Part shown: in pieces, positions 11,899 to 24,700 of the stretch | Position numbering within the stretch: position 1 is the first letter of the stretch | How the letters are laid out: the number at the start of each line of letters is the position of its first letter | Assembly (NCBI GenBank): GCA_024626585.2 | Contig: JANKJI020000002.1 | Coordinates: 113,782,928-113,816,545, forward strand | Length of the DNA stretch: 33,618 nt | Direction: 5' to 3' | Source of the DNA: Ginkgo biloba | Taxonomy: Eukaryota > Plantae > Ginkgophyta | Position numbers and translations under genes: made by a program | Notes under the pieces: generated by a model | Databases searched by the model: none | The model's input: the letters and a program-made list of their open reading frames with translations, nothing else | What the model was told of the DNA's origin: nothing

Positions 11899-14816
11899 TA
11901 TGTCCTCAAGACTACAAGATTTGGAGTATGATGATAATCTCAAATATAAGCATCTTAGTAAGGTAAAGTGGCTCAAAGAGGGTGATAAGAATACAAAGTT
12001 CTTTAAGGAAGTAGTGAAAAGGAGGGAGTTTAGTAGAATCTCCTACCCATGGATTAAAATTAATGATTGAACAAGAGAAAATTAAAGTATAGATTGTAAG
12101 ATATTATCAACAAACATGGCTAACAAGGAGTCAGCCTTCCCATAGAGTAAAAATATCATCTTTCCTCTTCTCAAAAGTTTCTTCCCTTTCAAATGAGTTG
12201 GTGAGTGATCTCAATTAGAGTTTATCATCTACATTCATACCTATGAAACTAGAAGGATCTTTGAAAGAAATGGAAAATAGAAAATCCCTAGGGTTAGATG
12301 GATATCCTATAGAAACATATAGAGATCTCTAATCTAAGATGATTCCACAACTTATTTAAATCAACATTGAGGTTCAAAACATAGGGCATATACACCTAAC
12401 TATCAATGCAACTATGGTGTCCCAAATTCCCAAATCATCCAATCCCACTCTACGAAAAAATTAAAGGCCAATTAGCCTGTGTAACACATCATATAAGTTA
12501 CTATCCAGAGTAATCACCAACATACTTAGCCTATTCATGGATAAGATGATAGTAATCACTAGTCAACCTTTGTTAAGCGTAGGATAAGTGTGGATAATAT
12601 AACAATAGTAGCAAAGGCACTGCACACAATAAGGGTGAAAAAGAAAGGATTGCTTCCTTTGAATGAAAATATATCAAAGGCATACAATTCCTTTAAGTGG
12701 GATTATATACTCTCTATGCTAAGGCTTAAGGGTGTTCAATGATGCAACTTAAAATAATTTATGGATTTCCTCAAAATAATAAATATGGTTATCTTAATAA
12801 GTGGAACACATTCAAAAAATTTTGTTGTCATGAGAGGCATTAGGTAAAGATGTGCCATCTATCCATACTTGTTCATTGTTGTTGCTAATGACCTTTCATC
12901 CCTACTCTAGTGGTTGAAGCATAATAGACTAATAGAAGGATTTATAATGGATGGTAGGAGAATCACCATTACTCACCAACTCTTTATAGATGACTTAATT
13001 CTACTAAGAAATCCCTTTGTAGAAAAAATATTATCTTAGGATTAGGCTCTTACAATACATGGCCAAGTGGCAAGTCAAGAGTTGGATAAAAAAATTCAAG
13101 ACTTCTATTCAAGGGCATAGAAGACTAGATGAAGATCTATATTGATGATTTTAGTAAGATACCTCCCATTCCAAATAATAAGTACATGAATTATCTTAGG
13201 ATTCCAATAGGCCTCAACAAGCTCAAGTTGGATGACTAGAAGCCTTTCGTGGATAAAATCAAGTGTAAGCTAGAGTAGTAGTAAGATATATTCTTGAACC
13301 TAGAAGGTAGGAAGACCATAATTCACTTCACTATTACTTAGATACCAAATTTTATCTCCTAGTTATGTTAGCCCCCAAAAGTGTCCTTAGGGCACTAAGG
13401 AGTATGGCGTTCAAGTTCATGTGGGATTTAAAGATCAATAAACTTGCCAAATATCATCTTGTGAGTTGGCCTAATGTAACAACCCCAAAATGGTAAGGAG
13501 ATTTGGGTGTCTAGAATCCATATCTATTAACTAATGTAAGGGGTGCAAAGAGATGTTGGGACTTCCTCCAAAGGGCCATATAAAATGGAAGGAAGTACTA
13601 TTATAAAATACTATTTTGACTTACCCAAAGAGGATATACTAAGGGACACAACTCCTCAAAAGACAAGTTCATAAGTTTGAAAGATCTTAGTGAAGAACTA
13701 GGACTATGAAACTACCCAGCCTTTCCCTTCACTTGGACATGAGGGGTAGTGCACAAAATTTTAGAGTGATAATTAGAGAGGTCCAGGTCATATTCCTTTG
13801 TCTTAGAGGCTTGAGTTTTGGAACTAAGGGAATTGTATTTAGCCTTAGGAATGAATATTGTTGTATACTTTTATGATTTCTCATCAAAGAACTAGAAGCC
13901 AATTGTATCATTGATTATTGACGATAATGAGTTCATGGATTATCATCTCCTTAAGGAAGTTGGTCAATTAAATGAGGAGATAGGGTAGGTTGACTTGTTG
14001 ATGGAGGCAACTATCAAGACTAAAACGAAGGCTTGGATCCAAGGACAAATTTTTTAAACTAGAGCATTCTATTAAGACATCCATGTAGACTTAGCAACCC
14101 AAGATCACTACCTTATCGAGTCAACTATGCTTAGATTTAGTGGCCAAATGCATAGAATAGGAAAAACCACATCCATTGGAGGGTAGCTCATAAATCCTTT
14201 CTACTCAAGGAAAATTTTGACATATGAAAGATTGAGGGATCTTCTATACGATCAATATGTAAATAAGGAGAAGATGAGCTCAATCATTATTGGTGGTCCT
14301 ACGAGAAAATTAAGTGTTATTAGCAATTTTTTTTGAAATCTTCTATATTGAAACAATAAGGGTCAAAGATGATAATCATCATTAAAAGATATTTATGTTT
14401 ATTACAAACAATTCATGGGAAAATTCTTTTAGTTGGTTTATAAATGATATATTGTCTCAGGTACCATGGTGGGTAATTTTTAAGGCTACTCTTTATGACA
14501 TTTCGAGAGTCCAAATAAAATCTTTCCACTAAAATATAGAAATTAACATCTATGCAATGGCAAGAAAAATAATTAAGGAATCAAGATTGTGGATTAAATT
14601 AACTCCTTTAAAGAATATGATTGAGAATACGATGAAGAATGACATCTCAACTAGGAGTGTCATTGTTGTAAACTTAATAAGTAAGTAAGGTTGAATGGGA
14701 CTCAAAATGACTATGGTTATTATTACAAGAAGTGGACTTATGGAGGCCACATAAAAATATTAATTCAAATGTGTTAAGGAGCTCTCCTGTCATATCACCA
14801 CTCATGACTGAGTCAC
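11899..14816 (+). mobile_element. L1-clade LINE ORF2 remnant (RT and downstream region), highly degenerate
   Basis: Plus-strand motifs in order: KVKWLKEGDKNTKFF, KSLGLDGYPIE (KAPGPDGF-like), RPISLCNTSYKLLSRVITN, ISKAYNSFKWDY, RGIR*RCAIYPYLFIVVA, THQLFIDDLIL, YLRIPIG, HLVSWPNVTTPKW*GDLGV. Confidence 0.93.
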
Positions 14817-15572
14817 ANNNNNNNNNNNNNNNNNNNNNNNNNNNNNNNNNNNNNNNNNNNNNNNNNNNNNNNNNNNNNNNNNNNNNNNNNNNNNNNNNNN
14901 NNNNNNNNNNNNNNNNNNNNNNNNNNNNNNNNNNNNNNNNNNNNNNNNNNNNNNNNNNNNNNNNNNNNNNNNNNNNNNNNNNNNNNNNNNNNNNNNNNNN
15001 NNNNNNNNNNNNNNNNNNNNNNNNNNNNNNNNNNNNNNNNNNNNNNNNNNNNNNNNNNNNNNNNNNNNNNNNNNNNNNNNNNNNNNNNNNNNNNNNNNNN
15101 NNNNNNNNNNNNNNNNNNNNNNNNNNNNNNNNNNNNNNNNNNNNNNNNNNNNNNNNNNNNNNNNNNNNNNNNNNNNNNNNNNNNNNNNNNNNNNNNNNNN
15201 NNNNNNNNNNNNNNNNNNNNNNNNNNNNNNNNNNNNNNNNNNNNNNNNNNNNNNNNNNNNNNNNNNNNNNNNNNNNNNNNNNNNNNNNNNNNNNNNNNNN
15301 NNNNNNNNNNNNNNNNNNNNNNNNNNNNNNNNNNNNNNNNNNNNNNNNNNNNNNNNNNNNNNNNNNNNNNNNNNNNNNNNNNNNNNNNNNNNNNNNNNNN
15401 NNNNNNNNNNNNNNNNNNNNNNNNNNNNNNNNNNNNNNNNNNNNNNNNNNNNNNNNNNNNNNNNNNNNNNNNNNNNNNNNNNNNNNNNNNNNNNNNNNNN
15501 NNNNNNNNNNNNNNNNNNNNNNNNNNNNNNNNNNNNNNNNNNNNNNNNNNNNNNNNNNNNNNNNNNNNNNNN

Positions 15573-16660
15573 ATGACCAAAATATTGATGTGTTGTGTAG
15601 GAAGATGTGGAGAGACGAACGCGGACACATCAAGTCCTCCCTTCTCAAGTGAAATGGTCCCCATTTGAATCGGAAGAGATGGAAGGTAACTCTTCTCTTG
15701 TGTACTAAACAAAAGCTATATCGGTGGAGAGAGGGTGATGGAATGGTAATGTGTTGGAGAGAGTAGCTCTTCCAACGTAAGGAGGAAAATTGGTATTGGG
15801 GAGGTAAGCTCACCTAATACATGTCCTCCAACTGAGAAAAATGTAGCCTTGTGTTGAACGATTGTTGGAAGTAATAACCAATCAAGGGGTTCGTAAAGAA
15901 AGCGAGTCCCTTATTTTGTTAATAAAATATAGTCTCTAAAGTTGATGAACTTTGAAGACCTGGCAGATGAATACCTTGAGTAATGGAATCCTCAATGCCT
16001 TCTTCTAATACTTGTGGAAGATTTGTTGAGATGGGAGTAAAATCCTTCTAAGTAGTTTTGGTGGAATCTTTTTGAACCTAAATAAGATCCCTCTGATTAA
16101 AGCCTTAAGTCTCCACTAGTAGGGAGTTGTCCAAAACTTCTAAATCCCTAGTTATTGTTACAGGTGTGTGATTAGCTATATCAACCACAATCATTTCCTC
16201 CAATTCTTGAAGGTGCTTCAAGAGAAGTTTTAATTTCTTCCTTAAATGAGTCATTTATTGTTGTTGTGATAGGGCTTATGCAAGCATGGAATGGCATTGT
16301 CTTGTAAGAAGTCTAGTTCACCAAATTTATCTCTTCTTGGGTTGAAGGAGTATCTTGCACCATCTGAGGAGCAAAATCTTGTGCTAGCATGGGATTTTGT
16401 GCTTGTGTATCTTGAATGAGTTGTTGAATCATGGCTTGTTGAATTTTATATTGCTAAAATATTTCTTCATAGTTGTTTAGAGCCATAATCCTCCCTCGTT
16501 AAGTTAAAACTTATAGCAAGCTAAAAATAAAAGAAGGGCATTTTAAAGAGTTTAGAACTTGTAAATAAGGCTTTGGTCTATCATGGAGGTGGTTCCCAAG
16601 GAGGGAACCTTGGGTATGGTAGAATCATATGATCTGTAGAGCATTCAATCTCGCCTTTCT
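15573..16660 (-). mobile_element. Probable decayed retrotransposon leader and N-terminal coding-like sequence
   Basis: Minus strand gives Q/P/T/S-rich protein-like stretches downstream of a structured motif (16591-16614). No diagnostic domain was recognised. Confidence 0.25.
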
Positions 16661-19233
16661 ATCTTTAGAAGAATGCCTCATATCTCCCAAATTAATAAAA
16701 AATAGAAAATATGGCAAGAGACAAAAGTGGTCACAATAACAAGATGTACTTAATATACAAATTTAAATCTGAACTGAAAAGTTAACTTTTGTCTCAATTT
16801 TTGCATCCACGTCTATATGTCCTAAAAAATTATACTTTTGAAGGTTTTTGACTTTTAATTTTTAACCTTCTGAGTAATTTTTTATTTTGGCACATGTGCT
16901 AAAATAGTTTTGAAGGCCTAAAAAATTACAAATCATTTTTTTTTCGATTTATGTGTTAGAAGCAAACGACCTGAAACTCTTCAAACCAAAGGATTTTGTC
17001 CTTCTAAGAGATTTTGTCTTATGAGGGTGGATTTGATTCCANNNNNNNNNNNNNNNNNNNNNNNNNNNNNNNNNNNNNNNNNNNNNNNNNNNNNNNNNNN
17101 NNNNNNNNNNNNNNNNNNNNNNNNNNNNNNNNNNNNNNNNNNNNNNNNNNNNNNNNNNNNNNNNNNNNNNNNNNNNNNNNNNNNNNNNNNNNNNNNNNNN
17201 NNNNNNNNNNNNNNNNNNNNNNNNNNNNNNNNNNNNNNNNNNNNNNNNNNNNNNNNNNNNNNNNNNNNNNNNNNNNNNNNNNNNNNNNNNNNNNNNNNNN
17301 NNNNNNNNNNNNNNNNNNNNNNNNNNNNNNNNNNNNNNNNNNNNNNNNNNNNNNNNNNNNNNNNNNNNNNNNNNNNNNNNNNNNNNNNNNNNNNNNNNNN
17401 NNNNNNNNNNNNNNNNNNNNNNNNNNNNNNNNNNNNNNNNNNNNNNNNNNNNNNNNNNNNNNNNNNNNNNNNNNNNNNNNNNNNNNNNNNNNNNNNNNNN
17501 NNNNNNNNNNNNNNNNNNNNNNNNNNNNNNNNNNNNNNNNNNNNNNNNNNNNNNNNNNNNNNNNNNNNNNNNNNNNNNNNNNNNNNNNNNNNNNNNNNNN
17601 NNNNNNNNNNNNNNNNNNNNNNNNNNNNNNNNNNNNNNNNNNNNNNNNNNNNNNNNNNNNAAGGAAATGAAATTGTATCATTGACATTCTCTAGGCAATA
17701 ACATTTAAGCACATATATTATGCTTTTGTCTTACAATATCATCCATTTATTGCATACATGAATGAAAGTCATTTGGTTATAGTCAAGATAGTGAATGACA
17801 ATTTAAACTTACAGTTTGCACTTGTTCATCTTTATACTTACACATATTGAAGTTGTGCAAAAGAAATTAACGACATCAAACCCTGCCATACAACCATAAT
17901 TAGATCTTCTAGAATGAAGGGTGGGAAAAGCTTATCTAAGAAGAAGAAAAATAATTCATTCTCACACATCTAATTACTATTATTAGAATGCTATTTAAAC
18001 TACAATCATGAAATTTGTATTTCCTCTCTCCAACTATGCATATTTTATTTCTATTTGTAAGTAAATATTTTATTTTTGTTTGCAAGGAAATGCCAAGCTC
18101 ATTTAATGAAATGTCTAATTGTTGGAGAAGTCAATTAAACCATTGAAAATTCATATATCCTATAGATATTACTTGTGTTGTGCCCTTAAAAGAGGGAACT
18201 TGAGGGAGGGGCTCTTGTGAAACAACATAACTCCTTAAGCCCATCACTTGTAGAAGGTAATATTAGAATGTTGCAACACTTTGTTTTTGAGATGAAGACC
18301 TAATATGCTATGACATATTTATGGCTTCTGCAGTGAAAAGAACATTCTTATACTAAGAGAAGCCCAATTAAGTGAAAAAAAAAAAAAACAACAAGGCATA
18401 ACCAATTAAGATTCACAATTTCTAGTTGAAACCATAAAGCCTTCAATTTCTAAAAAGTTTTTGCTAATTGTCATGGATGTAACATGGGAGGAGAATGGAA
18501 ACAAATATCTCCAGTGGATACTACGAAATGCATTTTAATAGAACCTCGGGTGGAAGCATAAGAACTAGTGGAGTGGACCCTATCTAGACCAAATCTCAAT
18601 AATATTAGTAATGTTAAGCAGTTTGTGAAACTATTGGAGATGCATGACATATAAGCACTAGGTTTGCTATAGTCTAGTTTTAGTTAAAGATTTTTTTTAA
18701 TAAGCTAACAAGGAATGAATTTGATGCTTTAGACCTTGAGAAGAAGTTAGCTAAGAAATGTATGAAATTTACCACATTGATATGGTGAGAAGAGCACAAA
18801 CCATACTCTTGCATAGGTGTTGATTTTCCTTCATTTATTTGCAATATCTATCCTACTATTGTTTTTGAGAGATTTTATCTTGCATGTTCATAGAGTTCAT
18901 GTTTGGTATGAAGGTGTTCATGTAAATTAGATTTGGTAGTATAACAACTCGTACCAAGATTGACCCTAAAGATGCAAAGACATGTAAAATACCTTCCTAT
19001 CTTTTAAAATTGTACCAACAAAGGATCCATGCTTCTGAAAAAACATAATGCGCTACATAGGAAGAACTTGTCTATTCTCTATAATAATAAGAGTAAAAGC
19101 AATTTTGTGGCTCCAATCCAAGATGGACTTGAANNNNNNNNNNNNNNNNNNNNNNNNNNNNNNNNNNNNNNNNNNNNNNNNNNNNNNNNNNNNNNNNNNN
19201 NNNNNNNNNNNNNNNNNNNNNNNNNNNNNNNNN

Positions 19234-19850
19234 GATCACACATTCTCCTATTTAAGCAAAGAAAATGCGAAGGAGGATTTATTCATGCTCCATCTCTCTT
19301 ATGCTCTTTCCTAGTCTTATAGTTTGCAAGAATCTTTTTATGAGAACTTGGCTTTCTATTGTAATTGTAATAGCTGATATGTATAAGTGTGTACTTGCCC
19401 ATCTATGCTAAGAACTTGTTGTATTTTGTTGCCAGTTGGAGGAAAGTTGATTGATGTGGAAATGACAAGAGCCTTCAACTTGGTAGAGATTGGGCGATTG
19501 CTCATGGAGTATAAGTAATCATCTTGGTAGATTACTTATGGAGTTGAAGCAATCTAGGATGCTCAAAGAATATCCTTCTTTTTGTGGTTAACACGGAGTC
19601 GTGCGATCACATGTGAATTGGGCGTGGCTCCCACATGGGGTCGTGTCATTTATATGGGGTTGGTTGGCTATTAGATGAGTTCACTAAAAACCATGATACG
19701 AGAGTGAATGCCATTGCCCTTTCCAAATCAAATAGTGCCCTCAGATTAATAAGCAATTTCATTTTATTTGTTATCAAGAATAAAATTGGAGCATTCTCAT
19801 TTATTTACTTGTCCAGTTCTTTGTCTACATTGGTGCAAATATTTTGCATG
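19234..19850 (+). mobile_element. LTR-like family B, copy 1
   Basis: 19468-19850 aligns with 27527-27937 and partly with 27223-27492 (gccttcaacttggtagag...; gatcac..gtgaattgggcgtg...; ttgccctttccaaat...). A TATA-like cctatttaag lies near 19247. Confidence 0.7.
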
Positions 19851-20139
19851 TTGTAATTGCTCAAAATTGTTCCTTGTTGGAGGGTGACTTGATTCAAGGC
19901 ATCAAAAGGAAAATTTACTACTTAGGGAGGCCCAACAAACCATTCTAAGAAGTTATTACTTTTCTAGCGGCCTATCGACTTTGTTTTGCACCAATATAGC
20001 ATCCAGTTTTGTATTACAAGTCAATCGCTGAGTTTGATGCCTTACAGGGATTTTTCATTCTGGAAGGTACCCTCTGTCAATTTCTCTGCATGAGCTTACA
20101 CTTCTATAAATACTTCTTGCACAATACTTCTTTATTTAT

Positions 20140-21225
20140 TATTTTAGAATGAATGTATGTATTGTTTTTCTACAGTATAGGACATAATTGATAATCTATT
20201 AGTACTCGTTGTGCATGTGGTTCTAAGCCCAGTAAAGGGTGGATTAGAACCCAAAAGTAGGGCGCCATTAATCATAAGGTCATTTAGCATGTTTGATCAC
20301 TATAGTGACAACAATGCAATTCTATTTATGCATACTTGCTATTATGGATTCTGAGATTTTCTCCCTGCTTCTATTGCATAAACCCTAGTGACTTGACCTA
20401 AGACAATTAAGCTCTAGACTAAGTCTTTTTGGGGGATAGTAGAAGCCTTGGTCAAAGGTGCCTCTATATGAGGCACTGTTTAGCCTTTTCATGCATGTGT
20501 TTAGGCTTACTAATAGTGGCTATTTGCCAATTAGAACTAAATGGATACCCATGTTGTCTTTTATTGGCTACGACTATTGGTGTAGTTGAAAGGCCATTAG
20601 CTATAGGTGTAGTTATTGGTGGTTGACTGTAGGTGCAGTCACACTTTCATGGTATGTAGGTGTAGTCATGAAAATCGATAGGGTTCTCCAGTCTAAGGTT
20701 ATTGGTGTAGCCTTAGGGTTTTAGCCAATGAACCACAAACTATCAATAGGGATGAATAGTCTTCTTGATTAAGAGGCTATCCTAATGCCAAAGAGGCCAA
20801 ATTGGTCTGCACCTAGCATCGTTGACGAAGTGGGTTTGAGGGGTGGACTCTAGCGAATCCCTAATAACTGCTGGTCATTGATGACCACATTTATGCATTG
20901 AAGGTTTCACTACCTGCTCTATTCAAGTCCCATAGGTCGTCTCCATGGTCAACAGAGGGTGTTTGGATACCTCACTACAAGACGTCTCTATACTAACCAT
21001 CCTTGTCCTACTAACCTGAAAATTGACACACTTGAAAATACATAAATAAATAAATGTCTCATAATTTTGTAATATTGCCGCATGCATAACTAGTGTGCAT
21101 TAAATATATCTGGTTTGCTTTGTCAAGACTTGATTGAAGTCGCCTCACTTTCTATTGCATATTTTTAATTAATATTGCAGGTTTCTTTAGGTTGTTTTGT
21201 AGGTGTAGGGGAGCACGCCGTTATA
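20140..21225 (+). mobile_element. LTR-like family A, copy 2
   Basis: Homologous in reverse orientation to 4822-5556 and 32900-33415. It ends gtaggggagcacgccGTTATA, matching gtaggagagtaggttGTTACA of copy 1. No clear PBS follows. Confidence 0.7.
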
Positions 21226-21573
21226 GTAATACATTAAGTATTTTCATTCCCGATTCAATTAAATGGACAAAATACGGTTTGAAGTTTTGGCCACCTTCCT
21301 CCTTGGGTACCGATCCCTACATTGGTGCTTGCCTCTGATCAACCATTTCCATGACACCTGATGTAAAGTTGTGCTCATCGACACTTGATAGTACTAACAA
21401 CTCTAATCTTCCAATCCTAATCTAANNNNNNNNNNNNNNNNNNNNNNNNNNNNNNNNNNNNNNNNNNNNNNNNNNNNNNNNNNNNNNNNNNNNNNNNNNN
21501 NNNNNNNNNNNNNNNNNNNNNNNNNTGAATGGTTGACCATTTTGAACTAATTTGACTTGTTATTAGGGTTTTC

Positions 21574-21743
21574 ACGTCATCATTTCATTGTAGCCATGTT
21601 CTGTGGAGATCCATGTCATCAATTTGCTATTGTCACATTGTACAGAGTGCCATGTCATTAATTTACTGTTGTAATGTTGTACAAAACACCCTGACATCAA
21701 TTTTCTATTGTCATGTCGGACAAAATGCAATGTCATCAATTCC
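21574..21743. repeat. Degenerate 39-bp minisatellite (~4.3 units)
   Basis: Units start acgtcatca (21574), atgtcatca (21613), atgtcatta (21652), ctgacatca (21691) and atgtcatca (21730). This accounts for the repetitive ORF 21613..21846. Confidence 0.85.
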
Positions 21744-22380
21744 TAGTATTGGCACCATATCACCAGGCTACCATAATGTCATATTTCAGTGTAATATATT
21801 CCACTGGCAAATCTTTCTATCTAACGAAAGCATATCATACAATTAAAAAAAAGAAATATAGAAGATAGAACATTTGTTTTATATATAAGAAGCTAAGCCA
21901 TAAAGTTGTGATTGGTTGTAATGAAATTAAATAATCGAAGGACAGTGAAAAAGGATAACGAATCCACAAGTGTCGATCTACTTTGGTTCACAGGCAAAAA
22001 GTTGTGGATAGTCCCAAGTATTGACGCCAATCACAACACCAAAAAAAGAGGTAAGTTTATTACTCATAATAGATGCTGTCATAATTTGTAACCAAAACTT
22101 CCCTATCACCAACACTACCTTACCATATGAACTACCAACTAGAAATTACTCCTAGTTTGAGAGCAAAAGGGTAGCATGCACCAAAATTTTAGGCAATAAC
22201 CAAAGAAAGCCTTGTCGTCATTATGGCATATCGTACATGGGATATACTAACCAGAAAATAAATTCATTTGTTCTTAAGCTAGTTATCTAAGCCTAGTTGA
22301 ATTTTTAGTTCCTTCTAAATTAAGAGTGAATTAGGATGTACATATCTCAAAAAGAAATGTTTCATGATTAATAAAGCACT

Positions 22381-22796
22381 TATATTCTATATAGAAATAA
22401 TTATTATGGAGTGTACCTTAGGTGTGTTATAAGGGAATAGGTAGCCCAGATAATGGCCAATTTCCATAAGAAGCTAGGAAGTGGACACCAATCAAGTAAT
22501 ACCACTACACATAACATCCTAAGATAAGGATATTATTGGACCACTCTTTTTAAGGATACTAATACTCATTTCAATACTTATCATCAGTGGTAAATATTTT
22601 CCAAGAAATAAAGGCATGCTATAATGCCCTTGCAGTCAATCATAGAAAGTATACCTTTTTCCCAATGGGGTCTCGATTTTATTGGGATGATAAATCCCAA
22701 CTCTTCTTAGGGACACAAATTTATGCTCACCACTATTGGATATTAAACAATATGGGATAAAGTAGTGGACACTAAAAATAATACAACTAAGATATT
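22381..22796 (+). mobile_element. Ty3/Gypsy Tat/Ogre-like integrase remnant (HHCC zinc-binding region and start of core)
   Basis: One frame from 22381: ILYRNNYYGVYLRCVIRE*VAQIMANFHKKLGSGH..TTHNILR*GYYWTTLFKD..MPLQSIIESIPFSQWGLDFIGMINPNSS*GHKFMLTTIGY*TIW. This matches the GYYWPTLFKD / PF.QWGLDFIG.INP.SS / TATDYFTKW pattern. It is absent from the ORF track because of stops. Confidence 0.92.
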
Positions 22797-23189
22797 NNNN
22801 NNNNNNNNNNNNNNNNNNNNNNNNNNNNNNNNNNNNNNNNNNNNNNNNNNNNNNNNNNNNNNNNNNNNNNNNNNNNNNNNNNNNNNNNNNNNNNNNGATT
22901 CTTATGATAGTTGGAATCCTAATTGTAATTAGATCCTCATTTGGTAGTCTTTCCTATTGCTAACCTTAAAACTGACATTATTGACTAACAAATACCTTAA
23001 CAAGTTTTAATATTTGTTTTGTATGGGACTTTATTGCAACACTTATTTATAGTTGTTTTTCAATTTTGAATGCATAACTAGAGTTGCCTCATTGTCTTGT
23101 ATATTTTTAAGTTGTGCTTTATGTCTAATTCCTTTGTTTGTAGGGTAGAGTAAGGGTGGGCCATTACAATGGTAGTAGAGCCCAGGGGG

Positions 23190-24700
23190 GTTTGATTCCA
23201 GGGATGGAATTTGCAATCTTGAAGGAATTGCAAGCCATGCACACTAAATTTAAGAAGTGGAAGGAAGACAAGGAGGAGGCGGTGTTGACTTATTCCCATA
23301 GGAGGAAGTGGAAAGAGATGGAAATTGTTGAGGAAATTCCCAACCAAGGCCGTTGAGGAGGAAGAGCTCTTTACATGGGAACAACCTGAAGAGGAGCCTC
23401 ATGAGCATGTGTATGGATCAAATGGTGATCAAGACCCTAAGCACAAAAAGGATTTGGCAAGTATGGAAATTACTTCAATCCACTAAATAAATGAGGAATG
23501 TGCAGATTCCAGATTATGATGGGCAAAGGGTTGGTTCTTCATTCCAAGCTTGGTTGAGATCTACCAAGACATTTTGCACTTCCTTTGAGATTATGGAGGA
23601 ACATAAGGTTCTTATGGTCACATTTGCATTCAATGGACCTGCCAAAGAATGGTGGAATGGTGTTCTCACCAAGCTAGATGATGAAACGAAGCATAAGGTG
23701 ATTTAATAGGATGAAATGAAGGAAATCATGTTGAAGAAATATGGATTGCAAAATGATCTTCAAGATGCTTATAATCAATTGAAGTTGATTAAACAAATAC
23801 GTACAGTGCAAGAGTAGCTAGACTAAATAAATTTGATCTTTTGATTGCTAGACTAACTCTTCGAGCCATGTCTTTTCGAGTGTACCAATTTTTACGTGGC
23901 CTTAAGCCTCACATTCGATACAGTATAGCACTGACAAGGCCTCAAATAGTAGAAAAGACCGATAATGTTGCTTTGCAGAGGAAGCTACTCATAATAGCCA
24001 GGCTGAATCCTTCAAGAAACCATTCCAAGACAAGGAGGACTTCTTAGATTCTAAGAAGTCTTTCTTTAAGTCAAGAAAAAATCCTTTCAACCAAAAGAAG
24101 TTTTTCCCCAGTCAGCCATCTTTGCAATCTTTGCAAGATAAGGGTAAGGGTAAAGTTCGGAATAAACCCCAAGGTCAAGAGAAGTAACCAATTAAATGTT
24201 TTGAATGTGGAGGGAGTCATTTTTTATAGTCTAATACAATTACCCATGCCTCCAAAAGGGAAATAATGCTCCACAAGGTGACAAAGTTGTTGTAGTGGTT
24301 TGTAAGGAGAAGAGGTCTTGCAAGGCACTTCCACAAAGGGTAAGCTAAAGACCTTTTGAATAGTTTCATGATGTTGAATTATTTGTTATAAAGGGCAAAC
24401 TAAATGGGCATGATGCACTTATATTGGTAGATAATGGATTTACATATAATTTCAATTCTAAGGATTTTCCCAAGAGAACGATATCTTACAACTCAAAAGG
24501 CACCTTATGCATATGAGGTTGCGTTAGCTGATGGCAAAGAGATCCAATAATGGGAAGACTCTCTATCGCTAAGGTTCCTATTGTCATTTAGGATTATAAG
24601 GACCACCTTGACTTTGATATAGTGAAGATTGGCCGGAATGATGCCATTTTGAGACAGAAATTGAAATTGTTTAGTGACAAAGTTGACAAACAAATGCCTT
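23190..24700 (+). mobile_element. Ty3/Gypsy gag-protease remnant
   Basis: IPDYDG..FQAWL..KVLMVTFAFNGPAKEWW (retrotrans_gag), LKLIKQIRTVQE, QFLRGLKPHIR, zinc knuckle IKCFECGGSHF (~24190-24225), and aspartic protease LFVIKGKLNGHDALILVDNGFTYNF (~24380-24455, decayed DSG). Confidence 0.92.

Noticed and set aside
18195-18500. Possible NB-ARC relic: GRGSCETT* (P-loop-like) and, ~80 codons later, KKFLLIVMDVTWEEN (kinase-2-like)
   Set aside because: The spacing is suggestive, but both motifs need several substitutions or an indel, the intervening sequence is full of stops, and no RNBS-B or GLPL motif follows. A frameshift-aware BLASTX would be needed to support it.
20048-20066. AG/GT-bounded 19-nt micro-exon candidate
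   Set aside because: The donor (GTACCC) and polypyrimidine tract are weak, and such a match is expected by chance.
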